Counted from the first letter of the stretch, positions 28,442 through 39,550 are shown. The stretch is 64,000 bases of DNA from Clostridia bacterium (GCA_017407665.1 JAFQWC010000139.1:7309-71308), one strand, 5' to 3'. The notes: a model not told the origin generated them from the sequence alone. Numbers and translations are program-made.

Positions 28442-29845
28442 TCAGCCGCCCGTATATTCGGAGAGCGTTAAGGCGATCTCCAGCGTTTCCCGCGTGGAGG
28501 GTCTGTACACCTCAAGCTGCATGATGTCTCCGGGCTTGCCGGCGTGGATCATCCGGCGCATGACCGCTTCGCTTGTCAGCTCCGTGCCGTTCATCGAGAG
28601 GATCACATCGCCCTCCCGGAGACCGGAAGCCACCGCGTGCGCCGTATTCAGCGTCGCCACATATTCGCCCTGCGGCAGGCCGTAGAAGCGGCCGGTCAGG
28701 CTGTCGATAAACTGACCGGAAATACCCAGCATCGCTCTGTCCTTCACGTAGCCGTACCGGATGAGATCCGAAACAATCGTCTGCGCGAAATCGCTGGGAA
28801 TGGCAAATCCGAGACCCTCATAGCCGGTTGCGGCGATCTTGGCGGAATTGATGCCGATCACCTGACCGTACTGATTGACGAGCGCACCGCCGGAATTGCC
28901 GGGGTTGATGGCCGCATCGGTCTGGATATATTCCATGGTATATCCCGTGGTCTGATTGGGAATGGCACGGTTGAGTGCCGAAACGTAACCGATCGTTACG
29001 CTGGAGCTGAATGCGGAACCGCCGGGGTTGCCGATGGCGATCACTTTGTCGGCGACACGAAGATCTGCCGAAGAACCAAACGACGCCGGTGTAAGTTCCG
29101 TGCCCTGCAGGCTGTCTGTATGGATCCGGATCACGGCAAGGTCCGTCAGCGAATCGCTGCCGATCAGCTCGGCCTCGTGCGAGGAACCGTCGTACAGAAC
29201 CACCTTGAGGGACGTTGCGCCGTCCACCACATGGGCGTTCGTCAGGATATAGCCTTCCGCATCCATTACAATGCCGGAGCCCTCACCCGCCGGTGCTACG
29301 CGGCTGGAGGTCTGCATGAACCCGTAATAGTCGTTGATCTGATAATTCTGGATGCACACCACGGAGGGGACCACCTGCTCGGCGATGTCCTGATCCGTCA
29401 TCACGGAGACGGCACCCATTTCCGCTTCCGGTTCCGCTTCCACCACCCGATTGATGGTGAATGCTGCACCGCCGTCCTGTTCTGCCGCCTGAATCCGCAC
29501 CCGGCCGGATTGGATCATCCAAACAAAGGCGCCGAGAGTTGCGACGGAAGTCACCGCACAGCACAGAAACACAGCCAAAAGCTTCACACCGAACGGCGTG
29601 CTGCGTGTTTTGCGGGGCGGTGTCGGCTGCGGCGTATACACCGGGCGATACGCCTGCGGTGTGTGCGGTCCGGAATGGTATTCTCCGGTCTGCGCATTCC
29701 ATGTATAGGACTGCGGGTTCGGAGACGAGGTGTTCTGCGGCGGGCTGTATGCGCCGCCGTAAGGGTACGATGGTGAATCGGTACGCGGTGTACTCTGCGG
29801 AACAGAGCCGCTTTCCCGATCGAAATTCTCGTGATGATCACGCAT
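28442..29845 (-). CDS. htrA: HtrA/DegP serine protease with PDZ domain
   Basis: TNAHVV, TDLAV, DAAINPGNSGG; single TM. Confidence 0.9.
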   Translation of the reverse strand: MRDHHENFDRESGSVPQSTPRTDSPSYPYGGAYSPPQNTSSPNPQSYTWNAQTGEYHSGPHTPQAYRPVYTPQPTPPRKTRSTPFGVKLLAVFLCCAVTSVATLGAFVWMIQSGRVRIQAAEQDGGAAFTINRVVEAEPEAEMGAVSVMTDQDIAEQVVPSVVCIQNYQINDYYGFMQTSSRVAPAGEGSGIVMDAEGYILTNAHVVDGATSLKVVLYDGSSHEAELIGSDSLTDLAVIRIHTDSLQGTELTPASFGSSADLRVADKVIAIGNPGGSAFSSSVTIGYVSALNRAIPNQTTGYTMEYIQTDAAINPGNSGGALVNQYGQVIGINSAKIAATGYEGLGFAIPSDFAQTIVSDLIRYGYVKDRAMLGISGQFIDSLTGRFYGLPQGEYVATLNTAHAVASGLREGDVILSMNGTELTSEAVMRRMIHAGKPGDIMQLEVYRPSTRETLEIALTLSEYTGG

Positions 29846-29938
29846 GATCGTCTGCTCCTTTCACATAATAGCATATTTTTATCGGTTTTTCAACCTTTAT
29901 TTTCTCCCTCTTTTCCGATTTCTATTATCCTTTTCTAT

Positions 29939-29957
29939 TGTGAATTTCATGTGAAAT
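29939..29957 (-). promoter_or_regulatory. Direct repeat upstream of htrA (CssR/OmpR-type site?)
   Basis: Minus strand ATTTCACA-TGA-AATTCACA, 11-bp period. Confidence 0.45.
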
Positions 29958-30077
29958 ATTCTGATTTGCAGATGAAAAAAGCAAGAACAGAGTATTAACA
30001 CTTTTTGACCGTCCTTTTACGGCATAAAAACGGCGGACCGCCCAAAAGCAGTCCGCCGAAAAATCTCAATATACAGA

Positions 30078-31220
30078 TCAGCCGACAACGACCTTGCCGT
30101 CCACCAGAACGGTCTTCACCGTGGAAGCCACGGCATCCCATGTGCCGTCCATCAGCACGAGGTCGGCATCCTTGCCCACTTCGATGGAACCGACGCGGTC
30201 CGCGGCACCGATGTGCTCGGCAGCGTTGATCGTGATGGCACGCAGAGCATCGAATTCGTCCATGCCGGACTTCACCGCCAGTGCGGCGCACAGCGGCAGA
30301 TAGCTTTCCGGAATGACCGGGGAGTCGGTGATGATGGCCACGCGGCAGCCGGCCTTGGCGAGAATGCCCGGTGTGGTGAAGGTCTTGTTGCGCAGCTCAA
30401 ACTTCGTTGCATGGGTCAGAGACGGGCCTACAGCAAGCGGCAGGTCTTCCTCCACGAGGTCCTCCACGATGAGGTGGCCTTCCGTCACGTGTTCGAGGGT
30501 CAGCTTCACGCCGAATTCCTTCGCAATGCGAATCGCAGTAAAGATGTCGTCCGCGCGGTGTGCGTGTGCCTTGAGCGGCTTTTCGCCGTGGATGACCGGC
30601 AGCAGGGCCTCAAGCTTGAAATCGAGCGCGGGCATCTTGGTCACGTCTCCGTCGGCGGCCTGCTTCTTCGCGTCATACTCCTTAGCCTTCAGCAGCATTT
30701 CGCGCAGCTTGGCGGCTGTGGACATACGGGCGTAGTTGTTTTTATCCTTATAGCAGCGCTTCGGATTCTCGCCGAACGCACACTTCATAGCAGCGTACGG
30801 ATCCACGATCATCTTCTCCACGCGGTTGCCGACGGTCTTGATGACCGCAAACTGGCCGCCCAGCACGTTGGCAGAGCCCGGGCCGGTGCAGACGGTGGTG
30901 ACACCGGCTTCCAGCGCCTCGCGGAAGGTGGGATCCTGCGGGTAGATGCCGTCGATGGCACGCAGGTGCGGGGTGAGAATATCGTTCATTTCATTGTAAT
31001 CCTGGCCTTCAAAGCCGATGCCGCTGCCGTCCAGACCGATGTGGCAGTGGGCTTCCACAAAGCCGGGATAGATATGCAGGCCGGAAGCGTCGATGACTTC
31101 GCAGTCCGCCGCAAGGTTTTCGCCGATGGCCGCGATCTTACCGTTCTCCACCAGAATGTCTGCGCGGATGGGGTCACGATGGATGGCGTCAAAAATGGTA
31201 CCGTTTTGAATCAGGATCAT
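30078..31220 (-). CDS. Amidohydrolase family protein
   Basis: PGFVEAHCHIG, KCAFGENPK, HAHR, GSIEVGKDAD. Confidence 0.9.
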   Translation of the reverse strand: MILIQNGTIFDAIHRDPIRADILVENGKIAAIGENLAADCEVIDASGLHIYPGFVEAHCHIGLDGSGIGFEGQDYNEMNDILTPHLRAIDGIYPQDPTFREALEAGVTTVCTGPGSANVLGGQFAVIKTVGNRVEKMIVDPYAAMKCAFGENPKRCYKDKNNYARMSTAAKLREMLLKAKEYDAKKQAADGDVTKMPALDFKLEALLPVIHGEKPLKAHAHRADDIFTAIRIAKEFGVKLTLEHVTEGHLIVEDLVEEDLPLAVGPSLTHATKFELRNKTFTTPGILAKAGCRVAIITDSPVIPESYLPLCAALAVKSGMDEFDALRAITINAAEHIGAADRVGSIEVGKDADLVLMDGTWDAVASTVKTVLVDGKVVVG

Positions 31221-31243
31221 AAGAACAACTCCTCAAACGAAAT

Positions 31244-31822
31244 TTATTCCGAGAGCTTCATGCTCTTCAGGGCTTTTTGGATCACGACTGCGAGCGGCAC
31301 GGAGATGAGCACCGCCAGAACGGCGTTCACAGAGCTGGCGGTCAGCTTGGTGACGAGGGAGATCAGCGCCGCCTCATGCGCACTGCCGACCAGCACCGCC
31401 GTGATATAGGATTTTGCGAGATACAGCACGATGTACGTTATACTGCCGGCCACGCCCGCAATGAAATACCGCGGGATAGAGATCTTGCACTCGCCCAGCA
31501 TACTGCCGTGACGATTGCCGCGGTGTGCAATGATGCCGCAGACAAACGCCAGCAGGAACTTAAACAGAAACGTAAACGGCGCGGACGTGACATACGCCGG
31601 ATTCAGCAGGTCATACAGCGCGGCACCGATACCGGAGGCCAAACCGCCGCCCACCGGGCCCATCACAAAACCGGCCAGCAGGCAGAACACATTGCCCAGA
31701 TGAATGCGGGAAATGTCGCCCACCGGAACCGGAACGGGAAAACTCAGATAGTTGGAAACGAAAACCAGCGCACCCAAAAGACCGATCGTAACGATTCTGT
31801 AAATGGAACTTTTGCTTTTCAT
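31244..31822 (-). CDS. ECF transporter S component
   Basis: RIHLGN..GPVGGGLASGIGAALYDL..APFTF. Confidence 0.85.
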   Translation of the reverse strand: MKSKSSIYRIVTIGLLGALVFVSNYLSFPVPVPVGDISRIHLGNVFCLLAGFVMGPVGGGLASGIGAALYDLLNPAYVTSAPFTFLFKFLLAFVCGIIAHRGNRHGSMLGECKISIPRYFIAGVAGSITYIVLYLAKSYITAVLVGSAHEAALISLVTKLTASSVNAVLAVLISVPLAVVIQKALKSMKLSE

Positions 31823-32017
31823 AAAATCACTACTCCCTTATTATATCGTATATTTCGATGTAGTCAAGTATATCTCCAATCTGGCCTTATCTCAATACCC
31901 AGTTTTGAACAAAGTTATAAGGTCAGATAAGTTGAGCCGTATGGTCAGACCGCCCACTTGCAATCGGGCGGCAAACACGGTATACTGAAAGCATCCGAAA
32001 AAGGAGGTGCAGGTTCT

Positions 32018-32632
32018 TTGACCGAGGTGTATTTTGTCCGCCATGCCGAACCGAATTTCAAAAATCATGACGATCTCACCCGCGAGCTGACCGAAAAGGG
32101 AATGCGGGACCGGCTGCTCGTCACGAAGTTTCTCTGGGACAAGCAGATCGCCGCCGTGTTTTCCAGCCCCTACAAGCGGGCAGTGGACACCGTGCAGGAT
32201 TTTGCGGACCGCGCCGGCCTGACGGTTCAGACCGATCCCGACCTGCGGGAACGCCGCGTGGACAGCGTGTGGATCGAGGATTTTGACGCATTCTGCAAAC
32301 AACAGTGGGCGGATTTTGATTACCGCCTCACGGACGGCGAGACGCTGCGCATGGTGCAGACCCGGAACCTCGCGGCACTCCGCCGCATTCTGGCGCAATG
32401 CCCGGAGCAGGCGGTGGCCGTCGGCAGCCACGGCACGGCGCTGAGCACCCTGATCCGGTACTTTGACCCCACGTTCGGCCATGCGGATTTTGTGTCGATC
32501 CAGAAGCTGATGCCGTGGATCGTGCGGTTCACCTTCGACGGTACCCGATGCACGTCCGTTACGGAATATGATGTATTCACCGGTCAGGTGCGCACGCGCA
32601 CGCCGGCCGTCTCTGAGATAAGGATGGGATAA
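32018..32632 (+). CDS. Histidine phosphatase family protein
   Basis: VRHAE, SSPYKRA, SHG; TTG start after AAGGAGG. Confidence 0.88.
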   Translation: MTEVYFVRHAEPNFKNHDDLTRELTEKGMRDRLLVTKFLWDKQIAAVFSSPYKRAVDTVQDFADRAGLTVQTDPDLRERRVDSVWIEDFDAFCKQQWADFDYRLTDGETLRMVQTRNLAALRRILAQCPEQAVAVGSHGTALSTLIRYFDPTFGHADFVSIQKLMPWIVRFTFDGTRCTSVTEYDVFTGQVRTRTPAVSEIRMG

Positions 32633-32633
32633 T

Positions 32634-33293
32634 ATGGCAAAGGTAAAAGCAGTTATTTTTGATATGGACGGCACCGTCGCCGACACACTGGCATCCATCG
32701 CCGGCTTTGGCAACGCGGCGCTCACGGCGCACGGCTACCCCGCACTGGACGTAGAGCTCTACCGGCAGCTCGTCGGCAACGGCGCCGATGTCCTGATGCG
32801 CCGTATGCTGACGGCCGCCGGTGCAGACTACACCGAAGACACCGTGAAAGCCCTGCGCAAAACATACGATGCGCTCTACGAGGCCGACCCCACCAAGCTG
32901 GTGGTACCGTACCCAGGCATCCCCGAACTGCTCCGCACCATCCGGGCGGACGGCGTGAAGACCGCGATCCTCTCGAATAAGCCGGACAACATGACCTGCT
33001 TCATCGCCGCAGCGCTCTTCCCCGGCCTGTTCGACATCGTCCACGGGCAGCGCGCGGATTTCCCCAAAAAGCCCGATCCCACCGCCGTGCTCCTCCTCTG
33101 CGAAGAGCTCGGCGTCACCCCCGCCGAATGCCTCTATGTGGGCGACAGCGGCGTGGATATGCAGACCGGCAAAAACGCCGGCATCGTCTCCGCCGGTGTG
33201 ACGTGGGGCTTCCGCGGCGCGGAAGAACTGCAGGCAAACGGCGCAGATTCCCTCGCACACACCGCAGAAGAGCTGATTTCCATAATTATGTAA
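32634..33293 (+). CDS. HAD-family hydrolase (phosphoglycolate phosphatase-like)
   Basis: FDMDGT, SNK, KPDP, GDSGVD. Confidence 0.9.
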   Translation: MAKVKAVIFDMDGTVADTLASIAGFGNAALTAHGYPALDVELYRQLVGNGADVLMRRMLTAAGADYTEDTVKALRKTYDALYEADPTKLVVPYPGIPELLRTIRADGVKTAILSNKPDNMTCFIAAALFPGLFDIVHGQRADFPKKPDPTAVLLLCEELGVTPAECLYVGDSGVDMQTGKNAGIVSAGVTWGFRGAEELQANGADSLAHTAEELISIIM

Positions 33294-33389
33294 ACTAAAA
33301 GTGTGTCTTCCACAGAAGAGGCTCTCGCACGGATGACTTCTCTCCGATAACAGCAAACGCCCTGAACCCACGGTTCAAGGCGTTTTTTG

Positions 33390-34289
33390 TTATCGGTTCT
33401 GTTTTCTTGTCCGGATTTCTTCAAAATGGGCTCTCGTTGTGCCCACGGAGCGCGACTCCAGCCAGAATGGACAGGACTTCGGATCCGCGAACCCGCTGTA
33501 CATCCCGCCGCACAGACCGGAATGATCCGACCCGCCGGAAATGTACAGACCCTTCTCCAGGCCGATGCGCTCCGCCTCCGCCTTTTCTTCTTCGGTCAAA
33601 TCCGGGTGCCACGCCTCGAGACCGTCGATGCCCATTTCGACCAGCGCATCGATGTGCTGCAGCTGTTCGTGCGGATGCGCCACCAGAATGATGCCGCCCG
33701 CGTCGTGCACGAGGCGGATGATCTCCTCCGCATTTTTGAACGGGTGACTCGGCGGCACCTCATGCCGGCGATCCCCATACACGGTGAGGAAAAAGTCATA
33801 ATAGTCGAGGTCCGTCACCTGCCCCTTGTGCTTCATCGCACGGAAAACGTGCTCGTTGCACAGCCACGCGATGCCCTTATTGTACTCGAGCACCTCGTCC
33901 CACGTGATGTCTTTGAGCAGCCCTTCCCGCAGACCGCGCTCAAAGAGGATGCGGGTCTGGTCCGTCTCGCGGGCTGCCATCTGCCGCAGGTAGTCTGCCA
34001 TCGGCGGGTAGGCGGGGTCAAAATGATAGGCTGTGAGGTGGAAGTTCTCGTCCGTACCATCCGCACGCTTCAACGCCGGGCACGGTGCGGTGAACTCCAC
34101 GCCGAAAATGCATTCCAGCCCCAGACGGTCACATTCCGCTTTGAATTCCGTGTAGCCCGTCGCGGTGTCGTGGTCGGTCAGTGCGGCGGCACCGTATCCT
34201 TCCGCGGCAGCCTGCCGTGCCAGTTCGGCCGGCGTGAATTTGCCGTCCGAATGGGTGGAATGGTTATGCAGATTGGCGTAAAACTCCAT
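33390..34289 (-). CDS. PHP-domain protein
   Basis: NLHNHSTHSDG, LTDHD, VAHP, GGSDHSG. Confidence 0.87.
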   Translation of the reverse strand: MEFYANLHNHSTHSDGKFTPAELARQAAAEGYGAAALTDHDTATGYTEFKAECDRLGLECIFGVEFTAPCPALKRADGTDENFHLTAYHFDPAYPPMADYLRQMAARETDQTRILFERGLREGLLKDITWDEVLEYNKGIAWLCNEHVFRAMKHKGQVTDLDYYDFFLTVYGDRRHEVPPSHPFKNAEEIIRLVHDAGGIILVAHPHEQLQHIDALVEMGIDGLEAWHPDLTEEEKAEAERIGLEKGLYISGGSDHSGLCGGMYSGFADPKSCPFWLESRSVGTTRAHFEEIRTRKQNR

Positions 34290-34327
34290 AGTGCGTCCCT
34301 CTTTTCGCAGAATATGGTTTACATAAT

Positions 34328-35578
34328 TTATTTCTCGTCCACGGGCAGCCCGGCAAGGTACCGGCGCACCATGTCGAGTGCCTTGGAAGCCGAGCAATGG
34401 CGGTGCCACTCACGGTCTCTTCGTCTGCCAAACGGCATACGCTTTGCGACCCACGTGTTTTCGCCGTCACTGAGCGCGATATACACAAGACCCACCGGCT
34501 TTTCCTCTGTTCCGCCGCCGGGGCCGGCAATGCCCGTGATGCCGATGCCGATATCCGCACCGCTCACGCGCACGATGCCCTCTGCCATGGCGCGGGCGGT
34601 CTCTTCACTGACAGCACCGTGGGCGGCAAGCGTTTCATGCGGCACGCCGAGAAGCTGTTCCTTCACGGCATTCGCATATGTGATGCAGCCCATCTCGAAA
34701 ACCTCGGAAGACCCGGACACATCCGTGATGCGCTTACCCAATAGGCCGCCGGTACAGGATTCCGCTGTAGCGAGCTTCTTGCCGGTGCGGCGCAGCTCCT
34801 GCACGACGAGTTCCTCTAAGGTCTCCACGTCCACGCTGTATACAAAATTGCCGATGCGGCGGCGGATCTCCTCCACGACCGGGCGGCACATCTCATCCGC
34901 TTCTTCCTTGGTAGCGGCCTTGGCCGTGACGCGCACGAACATCTCTCCCTCCTTGGCGTAGGGCGCTGCTGTGGGATTGCTGTTCTGCATCAGGTCATCG
35001 AGCATCTGCGCCACGGCACCTTCGCCGCGGCCGAATACGTGCACGCTGTGCGAGGAGATGACCGCATCCTGAAAGCGCGCCAAATACGGCACGACGTACT
35101 CGTGCAGCATGGGGGTGAGTTCCGAGGGCGGGCCCGGCAGCATGATGACGATCTTGCCGTTCTCCGTTTCAAAGGCGCAGCCCGGCGCGGTGCCGTGGTC
35201 GTTGGGCAGCACGGTGCAGCCCTCCGGCAGCATGGCCTGCTTTTTCTGGTTGTCCGCCATGTTCTCCCCGAAATATTCTTTGAGGCGTTCATAGCTGGAG
35301 GATTCGAGCACCAGCTTTCTGCCCGCCGCTGCGGCCACCGTTTCCTTGGTCAGGTCGTCGCCGGTGGGCCCGAGGCCGCCGGTGGTGATCAGAATATCGC
35401 TGCGGGACAGCGCCTGCCGCACCGCGTCCTCCATGCGGGCGGGATTATCCCCCACGACCGCTGCGTATAAAAGATCGATACCCAGCATGGAAAGTGCCTT
35501 CGCCACGATGGTGGTATCCGTGTTCACGGTCTGTCCGAGCAAAAGCTCCGTTCCAACCGATAAAACCTCTGCGTGCAT
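34328..35578 (-). CDS. cinA: Competence/damage-inducible protein A (MoCF + NMN deamidase)
   Basis: VGTELLLG, GGLGPTGDD, LPGPP, AESCTGG. Confidence 0.93.
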   Translation of the reverse strand: MHAEVLSVGTELLLGQTVNTDTTIVAKALSMLGIDLLYAAVVGDNPARMEDAVRQALSRSDILITTGGLGPTGDDLTKETVAAAAGRKLVLESSSYERLKEYFGENMADNQKKQAMLPEGCTVLPNDHGTAPGCAFETENGKIVIMLPGPPSELTPMLHEYVVPYLARFQDAVISSHSVHVFGRGEGAVAQMLDDLMQNSNPTAAPYAKEGEMFVRVTAKAATKEEADEMCRPVVEEIRRRIGNFVYSVDVETLEELVVQELRRTGKKLATAESCTGGLLGKRITDVSGSSEVFEMGCITYANAVKEQLLGVPHETLAAHGAVSEETARAMAEGIVRVSGADIGIGITGIAGPGGGTEEKPVGLVYIALSDGENTWVAKRMPFGRRRDREWHRHCSASKALDMVRRYLAGLPVDEK

Positions 35579-35822
35579 AAAAACCGTCCTTTCTTGTTGG
35601 TTTTGTCCAGTGTATTTTCCACGAAAAATATAGATTTTTGCGTATGATCCAAACTTTGTTTTTCTATAAAAGTATTTGACAAAAAGCCCTTGACTTTTTT
35701 CGTTTCCGTGCTAATATGGTCTCCAATCCGGATTTTCCGCACAGGATTGCATCCGGAAAGGGTTCCATCCGACTTTTGATTTTGCTACATATAGTATTCG
35801 AGAAAAGGAAACGGTGATTGTT

Positions 35823-37175
35823 ATGGCAGCCATCCAGGAAATCACAAAACGCGCCCTCAGACGTACCGCCGAAGCCGTATCAGACGGCTGGTACTTCGGG
35901 GACGAAGAAAGTAAGCACCGCGCCCGGCACCTGCAGTTCAACTACACGAACAACATCATTGCAAACTGGGTGGGCGGCAATTTCTTCACCGGCATTATGC
36001 TGCTTTTGAACGCCGATGACGGATTCATCGGCCTGATGTCCATTTTCGTATTTTCCGCAAACTGTCTGCAGATTCTGTCCTCCATGCTGCTGGAGCGCTT
36101 CAAGACCCGCAAGCGCCTGATCATCACCGTGCGGCTCATCGTGCAGTTCATCAACATTCTCTTCATCGGCGCCATTCCGCTGTTCCCGCTGGAGAATCAG
36201 GCAAAGCTGGTCATTCTCGGTGCTTCGGTGCTGATCCTCAACGTCCTGAGCGCCCTGATCGCCCCGGGCTTTTCCGTGTGGCACATCCAGCTCATCCCGC
36301 AGCACGTGCGCGTCAAATATTTCTCGTTCCTCTCCATGACGAACGGCATCATCGTCGCGGTCTTCAATCTGATCGGCAGCGCCATCGTCGACCACTTCGG
36401 CAGCCTCGGGCTGGAGGTGTGGGGATTCGCCGTGATGCGCATCATCGCGTTCGGCGTGCTGATCTACGATCTGTTCCTGCTCTCCCGCATGAAAGAAGAA
36501 CCGTATCCGCTGAGCGAGAAAAAGACATCTCTCGCAGATCTGCTGATCAAGCCGTTCAAGGAGACGCGGTACCTGCGTGTTGTGGCGTTTGCCTTCACGT
36601 GGTGCATGATCGCGAACATCCCCGGCTCCTACTATTCCGTGTATCTGCTGCGCAATCTGGAGGTCAGCTATTCGTTCATCACGCTGATCAGCATGCTGAA
36701 CGTGCCGATCCTCGTTCTGCTGACGCCGCTCTGGTCCCGCATTCTGCGCCGATTCTCCTGGCTGAAGACCTGCAACATCGCGATCCTGCTGTATGCATTC
36801 CACTATTTGCTGCTCGGCTGCATCAACAAGGGCAACGTCATGTGGCTCTACCCCGCCACGCTGATCTACGCGTACGTTCTGGCCGTGGGCATCAACCTGT
36901 CCTTCACGAATGTGCCGTACATCAACATTCCGGAGAAGAACCAGACCATTTTCATCAGCTTCTACACCACGATGAACAACCTCGGTGCACTTTTGGGCGT
37001 CACCTTCGGCCGCGAGTTCATCGCCCTTACGGAGGGGCTGTCCACGCCGGATTTCTCCAACAAGCAGCTTCTGATGTACACCGTGTTCGGTCTGATGGTA
37101 CTCGGCGCCGTCGTGATGTTCTTCCTGCGGCGTTCCCTAGATAAATCCGATCGAAAAGCCGCAGAAAACACCTGA
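35823..37175 (+). CDS. MFS transporter
   Basis: About 12 hydrophobic segments. Confidence 0.75.
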   Translation: MAAIQEITKRALRRTAEAVSDGWYFGDEESKHRARHLQFNYTNNIIANWVGGNFFTGIMLLLNADDGFIGLMSIFVFSANCLQILSSMLLERFKTRKRLIITVRLIVQFINILFIGAIPLFPLENQAKLVILGASVLILNVLSALIAPGFSVWHIQLIPQHVRVKYFSFLSMTNGIIVAVFNLIGSAIVDHFGSLGLEVWGFAVMRIIAFGVLIYDLFLLSRMKEEPYPLSEKKTSLADLLIKPFKETRYLRVVAFAFTWCMIANIPGSYYSVYLLRNLEVSYSFITLISMLNVPILVLLTPLWSRILRRFSWLKTCNIAILLYAFHYLLLGCINKGNVMWLYPATLIYAYVLAVGINLSFTNVPYINIPEKNQTIFISFYTTMNNLGALLGVTFGREFIALTEGLSTPDFSNKQLLMYTVFGLMVLGAVVMFFLRRSLDKSDRKAAENT

Positions 37176-37209
37176 CCTGCGGAAGATCCGCAGGCCGGTT
37201 CAAACAAAA

Positions 37210-38376
37210 TTACAGGTAACGTACCTCGACGTTTTTAAGGCAGTCTTCCACGAGTGCCTCGACGTCGAGGTTTTTTTCTGCCGCTTCCACGATGTTCAGC
37301 GTGGGGCGGGTGCGCGGATGGCGCGGCGTAAAGACCGTGCAGCAATCCTCGTACGGTTCGATCGAAATATCATACGTATCGATGCGGTGCGCGATGGCCA
37401 CGATCTCCGATTTGTCGCTGCCGATGAGCGGACGGAAAATCGGCATATTGGCGGCGGCATCGGTGCAGGCAATGGCCTGGATCGTCTGGCTTGCCACCTG
37501 TCCGAGGCTTTCTCCGGTGATGAGCGCGCTGCACTCCTTCTCGCGGGCAATGCGCTCCGCGGCACGCATCATGAATCGGCGCATGATGACCGTTGCCAGC
37601 TCTTCGGGGCAATGATCACGAATCTCTTCCTGGATCTTCGTGAACGGCACGGTGATCATCTCCATGCGGCCGGCGTATTCGCCCACCTTTTTGAGCAGGG
37701 AAACGACCTTCTCGTGTGCGCGCTCGCTGGTATACGGCGGGCTGGCGAAATGGATCGCGGTCAGCTCCACGCCGCGCTTGGCCATCATCCACGCCGCGAC
37801 CGGGCTGTCCAGACCGCCGCTGATGAGAATGGCCGCCTTGCCGCCGGTACCCACCGGAATGCCGCCGGCGCCGGGCTTCGTTTCGCCGTGAATGTACGCG
37901 GCCTTTTCGCGGATCTCCACACGCACCACCATCTGCGGGTTGTGCACGTCCACGGAGAGGTGCTTGTTGGCGCGCAGCAGCGCACCGCCGACCTCGCGGG
38001 AGATCTGCATGGAATCGAGCGGGAATTTCTTATCCGCACGCTTGCTTTCCACCTTAAATGTAGAGACGTCCGCCAGAATATCGCCGAGGTACTCCGGGGC
38101 GGTCTTCAAAATGGTGTCCATGTCCTTTTCACAGACACAGGCACGGGTGTAGCCGATGATGCCGAACACCTTGGATACGCGCTCCTCGGCCTCATCGATA
38201 TCGGCGTCCTCGTCCTTCGGCACGATATACACGGTGGACTGGCTGGAGGTCACCTCAAAATTGCCGGCACGCGCAATGCGGCGGCGGATATTTTTCAAAA
38301 GCCGGTCTTCAAAAACGCGGCGGTTCAGGCCCTTGAGGACGATCTCGCCCAGTTTGACCAGAATAACTTCCTGCAT
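37210..38376 (-). CDS. thiI: tRNA 4-thiouridine synthase
   Basis: GEIVLKG.NR, THUMP domain, SGGLDS, GESLGQVASQT, DCC. Confidence 0.95.
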   Translation of the reverse strand: MQEVILVKLGEIVLKGLNRRVFEDRLLKNIRRRIARAGNFEVTSSQSTVYIVPKDEDADIDEAEERVSKVFGIIGYTRACVCEKDMDTILKTAPEYLGDILADVSTFKVESKRADKKFPLDSMQISREVGGALLRANKHLSVDVHNPQMVVRVEIREKAAYIHGETKPGAGGIPVGTGGKAAILISGGLDSPVAAWMMAKRGVELTAIHFASPPYTSERAHEKVVSLLKKVGEYAGRMEMITVPFTKIQEEIRDHCPEELATVIMRRFMMRAAERIAREKECSALITGESLGQVASQTIQAIACTDAAANMPIFRPLIGSDKSEIVAIAHRIDTYDISIEPYEDCCTVFTPRHPRTRPTLNIVEAAEKNLDVEALVEDCLKNVEVRYL

Positions 38377-38398
38377 GATTTTCTTCCTTTTCTGTGAT

Positions 38399-39535
38399 TT
38401 ATGTGTGGGACAGCGTGCCGAGGCCCTCCGAAAGTGCATCCGCAAACGCGTCCATTTCTTCCTTGGTATTTTCTGCCGAGAGACTCACGCGCAGCGAGGT
38501 GTCAATCCGCAGACCCGAAAGCCCCATGGCTTCCAGCACATGGCTGGGCTTTGCCTTGCCGCAAGCCGAACCGCTGGAAACAAAGATCCCGCGCTCCGCC
38601 AGAAAATGCAGCATCGTCTCCGCGCGGACACGGCCAGCCGAGAGATTCACGATGTACGGCAACGCGTCTTCCGGAGAATTCAGCGTGACCTCCGGGATCT
38701 CCGCCAGACGCTGCAGCAGGTGATCCCGCACGTCGCGCACCGTTTTTTCCGCTTCGCGCTCAGGGCGCATGGCCTGCACGGCCGCGCCGAACGCGCAAAC
38801 CTGCGGCACACCCTCCGTACCGGGGCGCAGATTCTTCTCCTGCCCGCCGCCAAAGCTGTTCGGCAGCAAGCGCACGCCGCTTTTTACATACAGCGCACCC
38901 ACGCCCTTCGGCGCGTGCACCTTATGGCCGGACACACTGACGAGATCGAGCCCGAGGCGCTTCGGGGAGATCGGCAGCTTGCAGAACGCCTGCACGGCAT
39001 CCGTATGAAACAGCGCCGGTGCCTTTTTGCGCTTGATGATCCCGGCGATCTCCTTTAAGGGCAGGATTGCGCCGGTCTCGTTGTTCACCATCATCACGCT
39101 GACGAGGATGGTTTTGCTGTCGATCACTTCGGCGAATTTCGCCGCGGGGATATTGCCATCCGATTCCGGCTGCACGTAAATGACCTCAAAACCCTCTTTT
39201 TCGAGCTGTGCCATGGTGTTGAGCACCGCGGGATGCTCGATGGCCGTGGTCACGATGCGGTTTCCGGCGCGCTTTTTGGCGCGGGCCGCACCGAGGATCG
39301 CGATGTTGTCGCTCTCCGTGCCGCCCGAGGTGAAGAAGATCTCCCCCGGCTGCGCGGAAAGCTTTTCCGCAAGGATGGCGCGGGCAGCGGTCATTTCCTT
39401 CTCCGCCGCAAATCCCTTGCTGTGCAGGGAGGACGGATTGCCGTAGCACGCGGTCATCATATAGAGCGCCTTCTCCGCGGCGGCTTTGCACACGCGGGTC
39501 GTTGCGCTGTTATCGAGATATATTTCCTGTGTCAT
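38399..39535 (-). CDS. iscS: Cysteine desulfurase
   Basis: YLDNSATT, SGHK, SSGSAC; adjacent to thiI. Confidence 0.9.
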   Translation of the reverse strand: MTQEIYLDNSATTRVCKAAAEKALYMMTACYGNPSSLHSKGFAAEKEMTAARAILAEKLSAQPGEIFFTSGGTESDNIAILGAARAKKRAGNRIVTTAIEHPAVLNTMAQLEKEGFEVIYVQPESDGNIPAAKFAEVIDSKTILVSVMMVNNETGAILPLKEIAGIIKRKKAPALFHTDAVQAFCKLPISPKRLGLDLVSVSGHKVHAPKGVGALYVKSGVRLLPNSFGGGQEKNLRPGTEGVPQVCAFGAAVQAMRPEREAEKTVRDVRDHLLQRLAEIPEVTLNSPEDALPYIVNLSAGRVRAETMLHFLAERGIFVSSGSACGKAKPSHVLEAMGLSGLRIDTSLRVSLSAENTKEEMDAFADALSEGLGTLSHT

Positions 39536-39550
39536 GGTTTTCCTTTTCGT

